Source: Syntrophales bacterium (GTDB taxonomy: Bacteria; Desulfobacterota; Syntrophia; Syntrophales; UBA8958). From it: a stretch of DNA of 64,000 nucleotides. The notes beneath the pieces were generated by a model. The model was not told where the DNA came from. It was given only the letters and a program-made list of their open reading frames with translations, and did no database searches. The stretch covers positions 4,090 to 68,089 of the forward strand of contig DAOTJR010000009.1 of the NCBI GenBank assembly GCA_035448805.1. The letters run 5' to 3'. Each line of letters opens with the position of its first letter. Positions within the stretch are counted from its first letter, which is position 1. The position numbers were made by a program, and so were the translations under genes. Shown here piece by piece: positions 11,378-20,484 of this stretch.

Positions 11378-11733
11378 GAAGCGAGCTGTCCTTTGGCCAT
11401 GTTCACGATCTCTTTGAAGGCCTGGGGATCATGGACGGCCAGATCGGCGAGGATCTTGCGATCGATGGCTACCTCCGCCTTTTTCATCCCGTCGATTAAA
11501 CGGCTGTAGCTGATTTCGTTTAACCGGGCGGCGGCGCTGATTCTGGCTATCCAGAGTTGACGGAAGTCGCGCTTCCTCACCCGGCGGTCCCGGAAGGCGT
11601 ATTTCATCGCCCTGTTGACCGCTTCCGTAGCGGTCCGCAGGAGGCGGCGACGGGCGCCGAAAAAACCTTTTGCCAGCTTCAATATCTTTCTACGCTTCTT
11701 TTTGGCCGTTACGGCTCTTTTAACCCTTGGCAT
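11374..11733 (-). CDS. rplT: 50S ribosomal protein L20
   Basis: 119 aa, [29 protein letters not shown]. It overlaps the pheS start by 4 nt. Confidence 0.97.
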   Translation of the reverse strand: MPRVKRAVTAKKKRRKILKLAKGFFGARRRLLRTATEAVNRAMKYAFRDRRVRKRDFRQLWIARISAAARLNEISYSRLIDGMKKAEVAIDRKILADLAVHDPQAFKEIVNMAKGQLAS

Positions 11734-11794
11734 CTATTCTCGTCTCCTTCATTGATTTGGGAAAGGTAAATCCGAATCGCAACTCGATTTCGGT

Positions 11795-11992
11795 TCAAAG
11801 GTAGGGCAGCAACCTTTTGAGGGCGGCTTCATTGGTCTTGTCCGCCACCGCCGATTTTCTGAGATTTCTCTTTCTCTTCGGTGATTTTGTCGACAAAATA
11901 TGGTTGGCAAACGCCTTGGCCCTCTTTACCCTGCCCGTCCCGGTAAGGGAAAAGCGCTTGGCGGCGCCCCGATGAGTCTTAAGTTTTGGCAT
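11795..11992 (-). CDS. rpmI: 50S ribosomal protein L35
   Basis: 65 aa, [14 protein letters not shown]. Confidence 0.95.
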   Translation of the reverse strand: MPKLKTHRGAAKRFSLTGTGRVKRAKAFANHILSTKSPKRKRNLRKSAVADKTNEAALKRLLPYL

Positions 11993-12022
11993 GGCTGCTT
12001 ATCTCCTCGTTTTCAATGATTT

Positions 12023-12529
12023 TTATTTTTTTGGTACCACGACCATGATCATGTTTCTGCCTTCCAGCTTCGGCTGCATCTCCACCACCCCTACTTCCGC
12101 CAGGGCGTCGCGCACCGATTCCATCAATTTCCTGCCGAGGTCGGTGTAGGCAATCTCCCGGCCCCGAAACATCATCGACACCTTCACCTTGTCGTTTTGC
12201 TGCAGAAACTTCTTGATGTGCCTGATTTTCACCTCCAAATCATGCTCTTCCGTCTTCGGTCGCAGGCGTATCTCCTTGATCTGTATCGTGGTCTGGCTTT
12301 TTCTCGCATCCTGGAGTTTCTTGCTCTGCTGGTATCGATACTTGCCGTAATCCATGACCCGGCAGACCGGGGGATCGGCGCTCGGCGCAATCTCCACCAG
12401 ATCAAGCCCGGCTTTGGCAGCGATCGCCAGGGCTTCTTTGAGAGGCATTATCCCCAATTGTTTGCCCTCTTCAATGACCCTGACCTGCACCGCTTTTATT
12501 TCTCCGTTGATATTCAACTCCTTAGCGAT
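12023..12529 (-). CDS. infC: Translation initiation factor IF-3
   Basis: INGEIKAVQVRVIEEGKQLGI...PPVCRVMDYGKYRYQQSKK. The track calls TTG at 12517. The in-frame ATC at 12529-12527 sits 6 nt after GGAGG (12540-12536) and is my preferred start. infC is known to use non-canonical AUU-class starts. Confidence 0.9.
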   Translation of the reverse strand: MAKELNINGEIKAVQVRVIEEGKQLGIMPLKEALAIAAKAGLDLVEIAPSADPPVCRVMDYGKYRYQQSKKLQDARKSQTTIQIKEIRLRPKTEEHDLEVKIRHIKKFLQQNDKVKVSMMFRGREIAYTDLGRKLMESVRDALAEVGVVEMQPKLEGRNMIMVVVPKK

Positions 12530-12638
12530 ACGTCACCTCCGAATGTTTCCCTCGTCTTGCAATCACTGTTTATCATTTCTTTTTCTTTCCGAGCTTTACC
12601 GGCAAAGATCAACGCACGCCACAGATAGATAATCCGGC

Positions 12639-14555
12639 TTATCGATAATTACGGGTCTCCTCCCGCAAATGCCCTATAAATTCCAAAGCGGTCATCGTTC
12701 CCATGTTGCTGCCGTCGCGCTTCCGGGGCGATATGGTCTGTTCCGCCACTTCCCGATCGCCGATGACCAACATGTAAGGCGTCTTTTGCATCTGGGCTTC
12801 CCGGATCTTGTAGCCGAGTTTTTCGTTGGAAAAACTTTTTTCCACTCGGACCCCGGCATCCACGAGCGTTTGATAGACCTGCTCCCCATAGGGAATATGC
12901 TTTTCCGTCACCGTCAGGATCGAGGCCTGCACCGGTGACAGCCAGACCGGGAAGGCGCCGGCGTAATGTTCGATCAGCACCCCCATGAAGCGCTCGATGG
13001 CCCCGAGGATGACCCGATGGAGCATGACCGGCCGGTGTTTTTCCCCGTCGGACCCCACATAGGACAGATCGAAACGCTCCGGCAGGGTGAAATCACACTG
13101 AATGGTCGCGCATTGCCATTTCCTCTTCAGAGCGTCCTTCAGTTTGAAATCGATCTTCGGACCGTAAAAAGCCCCATCGCCGGCGTTGATTTCATAATTC
13201 ATCCGGCTGTCTTTCAGCGCCCCTTCCAGGGCGGATGTCGCCAGCTCCCAGTCGGCGTCGGAACCGATGGATTTTTCCGGTCGGGTGCTCAATTCCACTT
13301 CGTATTCGAACCCGAAAATCTTCATCGCGTAGGCGACAAAATCGGCGATCGCCCGGATCTCTTCATTGAGCTGTTCCGGGGTGCACAGGATGTGGGCGTC
13401 ATCCTGGGTAAACTGCCGGGCCCGCATGAGCCCGTGGAGGACACCCGTTTTTTCATGCCGGTGCACCGTCCCCAGTTCGAAGTAGCGCAACGGCAGATCA
13501 CGATAGCTGCGGATCTTGGATTTGTAAATCAACATGTGGGAAAGGCAGTTCATGGGCTTGATGCCGTATCCCTGCCCCTCCACTTCGGTAAAGTACATAT
13601 TTTCCCGGTAATGGTCGAAATGTCCGGAGCGTTTCCAGAGGTCGTCCTTGAGAATCTGGGGCCCCATGACCATGTCGTAACCGCGTTTCAGGTGCTCCTG
13701 ACGTTCCCATTCTTCAATGAGGTAACGCAGCATCATACCTTTGGGATGGAAGATGATCAGACCCGGCCCTGCTTCGTCGTTCATCTGGAAGAGATCCAGC
13801 TCCCGTCCCAGACGCCGGTGATCACGCTTTTTGGCCTCCTCGAGCATCCGCAGGTAATCGTCCAGGGCTTCCTGGGTGGCGAAGCAGGTGCCATAGATCC
13901 GCTGCAGCATCTTGTTGCGCTCATCGCCCCGCCAATAGGCGCCGGCCACATTGAGGAGCCGGAAGGCCTTGACCATGATCGTTGAAGGCAGATGCGGTCC
14001 CCGGCAGAGATCTTCGTACCCGGCCTGGGTATAGACACTCACCGTCTCCACATCGGGGGGGAGATCGTTGATCAGTTCGACTTTGTAAGATTCCCCCTTC
14101 TCCCGAAACAGCGCCACCGCCTCCGCGCGGGATAGTTCACGGCGTGAGAAAGGGGCGTCGGCCGCCACTATTTCCTTCATCCGCTGCTCGATCTTCTGCA
14201 GATCCTCAGGCGTGAAGGTCGTCTCATATTCGAAATCGTAGTAGAACCCTTCCTCGATGGAAGGTCCGATACTGACTTTGGCGCCGGGGAAGGTATCCTG
14301 GACCGCCTGAGCCATGATATGGGAGGTGCTGTGGCGCAGTATTCCCAGGCCTTCCCTGGAAGATATGTCAATGGGTTCCACGCAGGCGTCTTCCGACACC
14401 GGGGATGCCAGATCGACCGCCTTTCCATTGACCTTCGCCGCCACCGTCGTCGCCAGCAATTCCGGTCGCCAGGCCGCAATGGCATCCTTGACGGCGATGC
14501 CACCGGGGAAAGCGAGCCGCTTCTGATCGGGCCAGGTAATGTTTATCTCCCTCAT
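12639..14555 (-). CDS. thrS: Threonine-tRNA ligase
   Basis: 638 aa. TGS N-terminus, editing-domain [11 protein letters not shown], class II core and anticodon-binding C-terminus. Confidence 0.96.
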   Translation of the reverse strand: MREINITWPDQKRLAFPGGIAVKDAIAAWRPELLATTVAAKVNGKAVDLASPVSEDACVEPIDISSREGLGILRHSTSHIMAQAVQDTFPGAKVSIGPSIEEGFYYDFEYETTFTPEDLQKIEQRMKEIVAADAPFSRRELSRAEAVALFREKGESYKVELINDLPPDVETVSVYTQAGYEDLCRGPHLPSTIMVKAFRLLNVAGAYWRGDERNKMLQRIYGTCFATQEALDDYLRMLEEAKKRDHRRLGRELDLFQMNDEAGPGLIIFHPKGMMLRYLIEEWERQEHLKRGYDMVMGPQILKDDLWKRSGHFDHYRENMYFTEVEGQGYGIKPMNCLSHMLIYKSKIRSYRDLPLRYFELGTVHRHEKTGVLHGLMRARQFTQDDAHILCTPEQLNEEIRAIADFVAYAMKIFGFEYEVELSTRPEKSIGSDADWELATSALEGALKDSRMNYEINAGDGAFYGPKIDFKLKDALKRKWQCATIQCDFTLPERFDLSYVGSDGEKHRPVMLHRVILGAIERFMGVLIEHYAGAFPVWLSPVQASILTVTEKHIPYGEQVYQTLVDAGVRVEKSFSNEKLGYKIREAQMQKTPYMLVIGDREVAEQTISPRKRDGSNMGTMTALEFIGHLREETRNYR

Positions 14556-14578
14556 TTTCTCACCTTACACGAATTAAA

Positions 14579-14616
14579 GAGAGGGCATCACGTTCAGATT
14601 TCGCTGATGCCCTCTC
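14579..14616 (-). terminator. 12-bp perfect hairpin between tRNA-Val and thrS (terminator or attenuator-like)
   Basis: GAGAGGGCATCA (14579-14590) pairs with TGATGCCCTCTC (14605-14616), with a 14-nt loop. On the minus strand the stem is followed by TTTAATT, then AAGGTGAG and the thrS ATG. Confidence 0.55.
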
Positions 14617-14625
14617 TCGTTGTCA

Positions 14626-14700
14626 TGGTAGGCACGCAGGGATTTGAACCCTGGACATCCACCGCGTCAGGATGGCGCTCTCCCCCTGAGCTACGTGCCT
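14626..14700 (-). tRNA. tRNA-Val (anticodon GAC), CCA encoded
   Basis: The reverse complement AGGCACGTAGCTCAGGGGGAGAGCGCCATCCTGACGCGGTGGATGTCCAGGGTTCAAATCCCTGCGTGCCTACCA folds as a cloverleaf by hand. Acceptor AGGCACG/CGTGCCT, D stem GCTC/GAGC, anticodon stem CCATC/GGTGG with loop CTGACGC, T arm CAGGG-TTCAAAT-CCCTG. Confidence 0.9.
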
Positions 14701-14773
14701 AAATATATTTATCTGTGAACGGCGCATACGCTTAACAGGAAAAACCTTCTATGTCAAGGCAAATCTATACATT

Positions 14774-15331
14774 TCAGGTTGTGGAATTGATAAAATGTAT
14801 CCCCTTGAAGATATAGTTCAAACCCGAAGCAATGGTCAAGACAGATGTAAGGATGTATAATCCCATCAATAATCCTTTATATTCCTCAGCCATCGCCAGG
14901 GTATGCACAAGCAGCACGCTGAAAATCGTCAATAATTGAAATACCGTGGTCAATTTACTGATCATCGTGGGGCGGATCTGAAACGAAATGGACATGATGG
15001 CCAGCATCGCAATCCCGATAAGGATGATGCAGTCCCTGCTCACCACGATAACACTCAACCAGCCGGGAATGACATGCTTGATGGAAAGGGTTACGAAGCA
15101 GCTCACCATGAGGGCCTTGTCGGCGATCGGGTCCAGATAGGCCCCGAGTTCGGTCTGCTGATCGAGGACCCGGGCCAGAAAACCGTCCAGGCCGTCGGTT
15201 ATCCCGGACAGAGCGAAAAGAACCAGGGCTTTGAGGAAATCACCCTGCATGAGGAGGATGACGATCACCGGCACCATGATTATCCGCAAAACCGTCAGGG
15301 TGTTGGGAATGTTGACCCTTCCTGCTTCCAT
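14774..15331 (-). CDS. pgsA: CDP-diacylglycerol-glycerol-3-phosphate 3-phosphatidyltransferase (CDP-alcohol phosphatidyltransferase family)
   Basis: DGFLARVLDQQTELGAYLDPIADK matches the DG-x2-AR-x8-G-x3-D-x3-D motif. The ATG at 15331-15329 overlaps the TGA of the upstream FecR-domain gene (ATGA). The track start at 15370 is probably too long. Confidence 0.85.
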   Translation of the reverse strand: MEAGRVNIPNTLTVLRIIMVPVIVILLMQGDFLKALVLFALSGITDGLDGFLARVLDQQTELGAYLDPIADKALMVSCFVTLSIKHVIPGWLSVIVVSRDCIILIGIAMLAIMSISFQIRPTMISKLTTVFQLLTIFSVLLVHTLAMAEEYKGLLMGLYILTSVLTIASGLNYIFKGIHFINSTT

Positions 15332-16092
15332 CAAAACGCCCTGTCCCTGTCCTTGTTCCAGTCCACCCAATCATCGCGGTCTTCCGCTTCGGAAAACTCC
15401 CGGGGCCGGTCGGCGGAGCCGTCCGCGCGAATGGCGATCTGCTGCATGGAGCGGATAATAACGGTCCATTCTTCCCGGGTGACCTTGCGGGGGCCGGCGA
15501 TCTTCTGCGGACCGGCGACTTTGGTGGGGGGTCCGAGCGCCGTCGCGGCCGCCCGTGATGCAGGCACTCCCGTAACGGCGACTTCACCTTCATATACCCG
15601 TACCAGCGCCGAGGCGTCGGGATTGACGTTCATCCGGTAAACGGTCCCCCGCACTCCCGTGACGGCGTTGTTGCTGGCGATTTCGAATTTTCTGCCCATG
15701 CCCGCCATCTTGCTCACCTTTGCCCAAGCCCTGCCCACGGCGAGATGTATCTTGACGTCCGCATCCCCACCGGCCCCCCCGGCGGCAACGAGGTGCAAAC
15801 GGGTATCTTCGGCAAAACGGAGTCGGGAACGGTCCGCAAGGGTGATCTCCAGACGCGACTTGCGCCCCACGTAAATGTCGTCGCCGGCCTTGAGGGCCGC
15901 CTGCTCTTTGAGAACCCACCAGGTCTGTTTACCACCGGGAAGAACCTGCGCCTCGCCCTCGAGATAAGTGACTACCGCCTCCCCCTTGCCTACCTGAACG
16001 TTGTAGAGACGCTTCGCCAGGACACCCTCCGGAGTGATCCAGACGGCCAGAATGATGGAGAACAGTAAAAAGGTCGGTATTCGCTTCATCAA
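15331..16092 (-). CDS. FecR-domain protein, secreted
   Basis: 253 aa. Signal peptide MMKRIPTFLLFSIILAVWITPEGVLA. FecR-like beta core GEAQVLPGG...AALKAGDDIYVGRKSRLEITLADRSRLRFAEDTRLHL. Confidence 0.7.
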   Translation of the reverse strand: MMKRIPTFLLFSIILAVWITPEGVLAKRLYNVQVGKGEAVVTYLEGEAQVLPGGKQTWWVLKEQAALKAGDDIYVGRKSRLEITLADRSRLRFAEDTRLHLVAAGGAGGDADVKIHLAVGRAWAKVSKMAGMGRKFEIASNNAVTGVRGTVYRMNVNPDASALVRVYEGEVAVTGVPASRAAATALGPPTKVAGPQKIAGPRKVTREEWTVIIRSMQQIAIRADGSADRPREFSEAEDRDDWVDWNKDRDRAF

Positions 16093-16105
16093 TCACCTCC
16101 GCCCG

Positions 16106-16741
16106 TCATCCGTCCGGTCCCAGGGGAAGGGTCTCCATGGCCTTGGCCAGGATCTCCTCCATGGCCGGCTCGAAGACTTGGCAACTCTTCATGCGCAGAC
16201 GTTCCCTGGTGATATCTAAATTCCTTTCTCGAATGGAATACTTGGTTTTCCATAAGCTCTCGTTGGTTTTGGCGCTCCGCAAATCGAAGGTCGCCGTCAC
16301 CGAGGTGGTGGCATAGAGCATGACAAAGTTGGTTTCGCACTCCTGGAGGGTCACGTAAAGGACCGCATCCACACCCAAAAGTTCACCGACACGCCGGGGC
16401 GGTACATTGTCCGGTGCCGGTTGCCGATAACCGTCGAAGCTGGAGGAGATTCTTTCGTCAATGACGTTCAGTGGTATTTTGGGATAGCCGCGGAAATAGA
16501 TCGCTTCCAGCACCTTGCCCCGAAACAGCGCCGACGCTTCCGCATTTTTTGATTGATTCGCCACGGGCAAAACGGCAATCAGCCTTACCGCGCGCTTTTC
16601 ATACTCCGGTGCCAGGAAATGGGGGATTTTTTTCGCGCAGCCCGCCAGCATACAGACCAAAACGATCATGATGAACAGGCGGTAGCGAACATCTTCTCTG
16701 TGTCCCGTATTTACCATGTCCCGCCTTCCCCGGCCCGACAT
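16106..16741 (-). CDS. DUF799-like lipoprotein
   Basis: Lipobox MLAGC. The pattern RLIAVLPVANQS...FRGYPKIPLNVIDE...GVDAVLYVTLQ...LRSAKTNESLW matches the DUF799 family layout as I remember it. The start could be the internal Met at 16717. Confidence 0.6.
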   Translation of the reverse strand: MSGRGRRDMVNTGHREDVRYRLFIMIVLVCMLAGCAKKIPHFLAPEYEKRAVRLIAVLPVANQSKNAEASALFRGKVLEAIYFRGYPKIPLNVIDERISSSFDGYRQPAPDNVPPRRVGELLGVDAVLYVTLQECETNFVMLYATTSVTATFDLRSAKTNESLWKTKYSIRERNLDITRERLRMKSCQVFEPAMEEILAKAMETLPLGPDG

Positions 16742-16853
16742 ATGAAAAATATCGGCAAGTAGATGATTATTTTCATGTTTCGCTCTAAACGACCGCAGGC
16801 ATAGGGGTTCGTAGTACCCGCATACAGGCCTCGGGGTTCTCTGGCGGCAAACC
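16742..16853. repeat. Dispersed intergenic repeat, copy A (full length)
   Basis: ATGAAAAATATCGGCAAGTAGATGATTATTTTCATGTTTCGCTCTAAAC...GGGGTT...GGGGTTCTCTGGCGGCAAACC. It shares ordered blocks with 51608-51686, and its left half matches 48452-48492. Confidence 0.7.
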
Positions 16854-16894
16854 TTCAGAAGGGAATCCTTTTTTGATGGGGATAAGGAGGACCG

Positions 16895-17173
16895 TCATTG
16901 TTTGAGCTTCTCGATCTCCTCCCGGATGATACGTTCCGCAAGGGACGGAAACATCTCCCGGACCAGCCTTTCCGTCGTTTCCTCGACCTTCCTGATCATC
17001 TCTTCCTGAATATTGGGATTTACCAGCGCAATTTTAGGTTTCCGCTCCGGCAGGTCGCTGAAATCCGGCATCCCTTCTTCAACGACATCGACCAGATCGA
17101 AGATCTTTTCTCCCGGCCCCATGACCCGTTCACCCATCTTGCCGCCTCCCGTGCTTTTGGTCTCTGCTACCAT
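16895..17173 (-). CDS. Small acidic hypothetical protein
   Basis: 92-aa ORF between rsmI and the DUF799 gene. The better RBS (GGGAGG) precedes the internal ATG at 17137 (MGERVMGPGEKIFDLVDVVEEG...). I recognise no family. Confidence 0.45.
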   Translation of the reverse strand: MVAETKSTGGGKMGERVMGPGEKIFDLVDVVEEGMPDFSDLPERKPKIALVNPNIQEEMIRKVEETTERLVREMFPSLAERIIREEIEKLKQ

Positions 17174-17188
17174 ACCCGCCGCAACAGT

Positions 17189-18058
17189 TCAAGAAAATTT
17201 CCCTGTCAAAGCAATTTGGTAGATCTTTTTTCGGGGGCAACCCGTCATTTCCGCAATCTGTCTTACCCGATCCCGCAAGCTGAGGGAAGGATCGGGGCTC
17301 CATTCCCGGATCATATCCATCAGTTCTTCATCACTGTATTCCCGTTTCTTCTCGGCGTCGCCGGCGATAATCAGCGTGATCTCCCCTTTGATCCTTTTGC
17401 CGGCGAGCGCCCTGATTATCTCCTCACTACTGCCCCGGAGGAACTCCTCATACAACTTCGTCACCTCCCGGGCGACGACGAGGCGCCGCGCCCCCAGGAT
17501 CGCCCGGATATCTTCCAGACACGCCCGGAGACGCAACGGCGATTCATAAAAAACGACGGTTCGTGTCTCATGGCGGCAGGCAGCGATCATCTCCCGGCGT
17601 TGCGAGGTCTTCGCCGGCAGGAAGCCCTGGAAAACGAAAGTGTGCATGGGCAGGCCCGAGGCACTGAGGGCGGCAACGACCGCCGAGACACCGGGAACGG
17701 GAACAACCCTTATCCCCGCCCGGATTGCCTCGCTGATCAGGCGGTAACCAGGGTCCGATATCCCCGGTGTACCCGCATCGGAAACATAGGCGATGTCTTC
17801 GCCGGCGCAGAGCCTGTCGATGAGGGCCCGGGCCCTTCTCGCTTCCACGGCGTCATAGAGACTGGAAACAGGGGTGGTGATATCATAAGCCTGAAGCAGC
17901 TTTCTGGTCCGGCGGGTATCCTCCGCGGCGATCCCGTCCACCTCCCGCAGGATGCGGATCGCCCGCAGGGTTATATCCTCGAGATTGCCGATCGGGGTCG
18001 CGGCCACATAAAGGGTGCCAAACCCTTTCTGCTGCTTATCTTCACTCATTAGACCCAC
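17189..18058 (-). CDS. rsmI: 16S rRNA (cytidine1402-2'-O)-methyltransferase
   Basis: 289 aa. GTLYVAATPIGNLEDITLRAIRILREVDGIAAEDTRRTRKLL, tetrapyrrole-methylase fold typical of RsmI. Confidence 0.9.
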   Translation of the reverse strand: MGLMSEDKQQKGFGTLYVAATPIGNLEDITLRAIRILREVDGIAAEDTRRTRKLLQAYDITTPVSSLYDAVEARRARALIDRLCAGEDIAYVSDAGTPGISDPGYRLISEAIRAGIRVVPVPGVSAVVAALSASGLPMHTFVFQGFLPAKTSQRREMIAACRHETRTVVFYESPLRLRACLEDIRAILGARRLVVAREVTKLYEEFLRGSSEEIIRALAGKRIKGEITLIIAGDAEKKREYSDEELMDMIREWSPDPSLSLRDRVRQIAEMTGCPRKKIYQIALTGKFS

Positions 18059-18175
18059 TTCAGGAAAGCGTTTGAGATCGCTGCGGCACCGGGAGTATCC
18101 GCCCCGGACCGCGGCGACAAGTTCTCCGGAAGGGCATCCTGCCGCAACCCTGCGGTCCGGGACGCCCGAATTGTC

Positions 18176-18204
18176 TTGACAGTAAAAATACGAGGCTTTA
18201 TATA
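18176..18204 (+). promoter_or_regulatory. Sigma70-like promoter candidate for the UXS operon
   Basis: TTGACA (18176-18181), 17 nt, TATATA (18199-18204), about 140 nt upstream of the ATG at 18344. Confidence 0.45.
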
Positions 18205-18343
18205 AACGAAAATTTTACGGATTGCTATCAGGAAAGAGCCTCTCGATGAGATCGGACACGGACACATTGTTTTATCGAACCGCCGCAACCTCCGCAACCC
18301 CCCGGAAATACAGCCGGCAAATATTCATTGAGGTCGTCTCCCC

Positions 18344-19291
18344 ATGAAATTGAAACGTATCCTCATCACCGGCGGTGCGGGGTTCCTCGGCTCTCATCTC
18401 TGCGACCGGCTCCTGGCCGAGGGTCATGACGTCCTCTGCCTGGACAATCTCTTTACCGGCAACAAGAACAATATCCGGCACCTGCTCGGCCATCCGAATT
18501 TCGAATTCATCCGCCACGACATCACCCAGCCCATCTTTCTGGAAGTGGACGAGATCTACAATCTCGCCTGCCCCGCTTCGCCGGTCCATTACCAGTACAA
18601 CCCCATCAAGACCATCAAGACCAGCGTCATGGGGGCGATCAATACCCTCGGACTGGCCAAAAGGGTGAAGGCCCGGATCCTCCAGGCGTCCACCTCGGAA
18701 GTCTACGGCGATCCGGAGATCCATCCCCAGCGGGAGGATTATTGGGGCCGGGTCAATCCCATCGGTATCCGCAGTTGCTATGACGAGGGGAAGCGGGCCG
18801 CCGAATGTCTCATGATGGACTACCACCGCCAGAACGGGGTACGGATAAAGATAGTCAGGATATTCAATACTTACGGACCACGTATGGCCATCGACGACGG
18901 ACGGGTGGTAAGCAACTTCATCGTCCAGGCCCTGCGGGGCGAGGACATCACCGTCTATGGCGACGGCGCTCAGACCCGTTCCTTCTGCTATTGCGACGAC
19001 CTCATCGAAGGCATCATCAGAATGATGGCCACACCGGACGAAACCATCGGACCGGTGAATTTGGGCAACCCCTCCGAATTTACCATCCTGGAATTGGCCG
19101 AAAACATCATCCGCCTTACCGGTTCGTCTTCCCGTATCGTCTTTAGGCCCTTGCCCCAGGACGACCCCACCCAGCGACGGCCCGATATATCCGTCGCCGG
19201 CTCCCTGCTGTCCTGGCAACCCCGGGTGCCCCTGGCGGAAGGGCTTGCCAAAACCATCGCCTATTTCCGGAAAGTGTTGAACCGCGAATGA
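18344..19291 (+). CDS. UDP-glucuronate decarboxylase (UDP-xylose synthase-like SDR)
   Basis: 315 aa. [43 protein letters not shown] and YDEGKR catalytic region. Very close to UXS-type enzymes. Confidence 0.9.
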   Translation: MKLKRILITGGAGFLGSHLCDRLLAEGHDVLCLDNLFTGNKNNIRHLLGHPNFEFIRHDITQPIFLEVDEIYNLACPASPVHYQYNPIKTIKTSVMGAINTLGLAKRVKARILQASTSEVYGDPEIHPQREDYWGRVNPIGIRSCYDEGKRAAECLMMDYHRQNGVRIKIVRIFNTYGPRMAIDDGRVVSNFIVQALRGEDITVYGDGAQTRSFCYCDDLIEGIIRMMATPDETIGPVNLGNPSEFTILELAENIIRLTGSSSRIVFRPLPQDDPTQRRPDISVAGSLLSWQPRVPLAEGLAKTIAYFRKVLNRE

Positions 19292-20481
19292 ATGTTGCTG
19301 CAGACCTGACGTTCGATGTAGTGATTATCGGCGGGGGTGTGGTGGGCCTCGCCCTGGCCCGGCAACTGGCCCGCCGGGACAGAAAGCTGGCGGTGCTGGA
19401 AAAGAACGACCGCTGCGGCCAGGAGACAAGCTCCCGGAACAGCGAGGTAATCCATGCCGGCATCTACTACCCCCGGGATTTTCTGAAGAGCCGCTTATGC
19501 GTGGAAGGAAACCGGCGCCTTTACGAATGGTGCCGCGACCGGAACATACCGCATGCCCGGATCGGCAAGCTCATCGTCGCGTCCGACACCGAGGAAGAGG
19601 CGGCGCTGCCGGCCATCAAGAACGGAGCGGAGCAAAACAACGTAACGGATCTGGAAATCATCGCCCCGGCGCGGCTCCGCAACCTGGAGCCGGCAGTAAC
19701 GGCCCGGGCCGCTGTTTTTTCCCCCTCGACGGGCATCGTGGACAGCCACCGCCTCATGCTGTCGCTGCGCGCCGACGCGGAAGCCCGGGGGGCAATCGTT
19801 TCCTGTCGCGCCTGCGTCACGGCCATTCACCACGCCAGCCCCGGATACGACCTGGAGATAAACAACGGCGCTTACCGCCTCCACACGAAAGCCCTGATCA
19901 ACAGCGCCGGACTTCATGCCGACACCGTTGCCGGGCTGGCCGGCATCGACATCGACGCGGCGGGATACCGTCTGCGGCCCTGCAAGGGCAACTATTTCTC
20001 CGCTTCTCCCTCCCCGGCGCTGCGCCATCTGGTTTATCCCGTGCCGATGAAAAACAACGTCGGGCTGGGTATTCACGCCACCCTGGATCTGGCAGGCCGG
20101 GTCCGTTTCGGGCCGGACAGCCGTTACCTGGAGGCGGAGGAGACGAGAATTCTCAAAAGATGGGGGTACAGGACGGACGATCCGGAAACGTCTCCGGGCA
20201 GGCTCTACGCCGTTGACGAAGGCCGGCGGGAGGCCTTTGCCGCCGCCGTCGCCAGATACCTGCCGGGAATGGCCGCGGCTTCTTTCGTCCCGGAGATGAG
20301 CGGTATCCGCCCCAAACTTCAGGGACCAGGCGAACCGGCAGCGGATTTCATCATCCGGGAGGAGGGCGACCGGGGCATGCCCGGCTTCATCAACCTCATC
20401 GGCATCGAGTCTCCGGGACTGACGGCCTGTCTGGCCATCGCCGTTTATGTGGCAAAAAAATATTTCCATGAGGGAGAGTAA
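19288..20481 (+). CDS. FAD-dependent oxidoreductase (L-2-hydroxyglutarate oxidase/DAO-like)
   Basis: 397 aa. Dinucleotide fold [19 protein letters not shown]...[22 protein letters not shown] overlap with the UXS stop. Confidence 0.75.
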   Translation: MNVAADLTFDVVIIGGGVVGLALARQLARRDRKLAVLEKNDRCGQETSSRNSEVIHAGIYYPRDFLKSRLCVEGNRRLYEWCRDRNIPHARIGKLIVASDTEEEAALPAIKNGAEQNNVTDLEIIAPARLRNLEPAVTARAAVFSPSTGIVDSHRLMLSLRADAEARGAIVSCRACVTAIHHASPGYDLEINNGAYRLHTKALINSAGLHADTVAGLAGIDIDAAGYRLRPCKGNYFSASPSPALRHLVYPVPMKNNVGLGIHATLDLAGRVRFGPDSRYLEAEETRILKRWGYRTDDPETSPGRLYAVDEGRREAFAAAVARYLPGMAAASFVPEMSGIRPKLQGPGEPAADFIIREEGDRGMPGFINLIGIESPGLTACLAIAVYVAKKYFHEGE

Positions 20482-20484
20482 CTG

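Noticed and set aside
16742-16762. Mini-ORFs inside the repeat units (for example ATG AAA AAT ATC GGC AAG TAG, and minus-strand MKII.. peptides)
   Set aside because: The reading frames and stops are not conserved between copies. The similarity is at the nucleotide level only.
16840-16853. c-di-GMP-I (GEMM) riboswitch, suggested by GGCGGCAAACC in repeat copies A and C
   Set aside because: Only the GGCAAACC octamer matches. The partner ACGCAAAGCC element and the P1/P2 architecture are absent, and the strand and context do not place it in a 5' leader.
16898-18052. 384-aa plus-strand ORF
   Set aside because: It is antisense to rsmI and to the small acidic ORF, and it has no motifs.
18272-19219. 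315-aa minus-strand ORF, identical in length to the UXS gene
   Set aside because: It is the mirror image of the UXS CDS. UXS has an unmistakable SDR signature and the antisense product has none.
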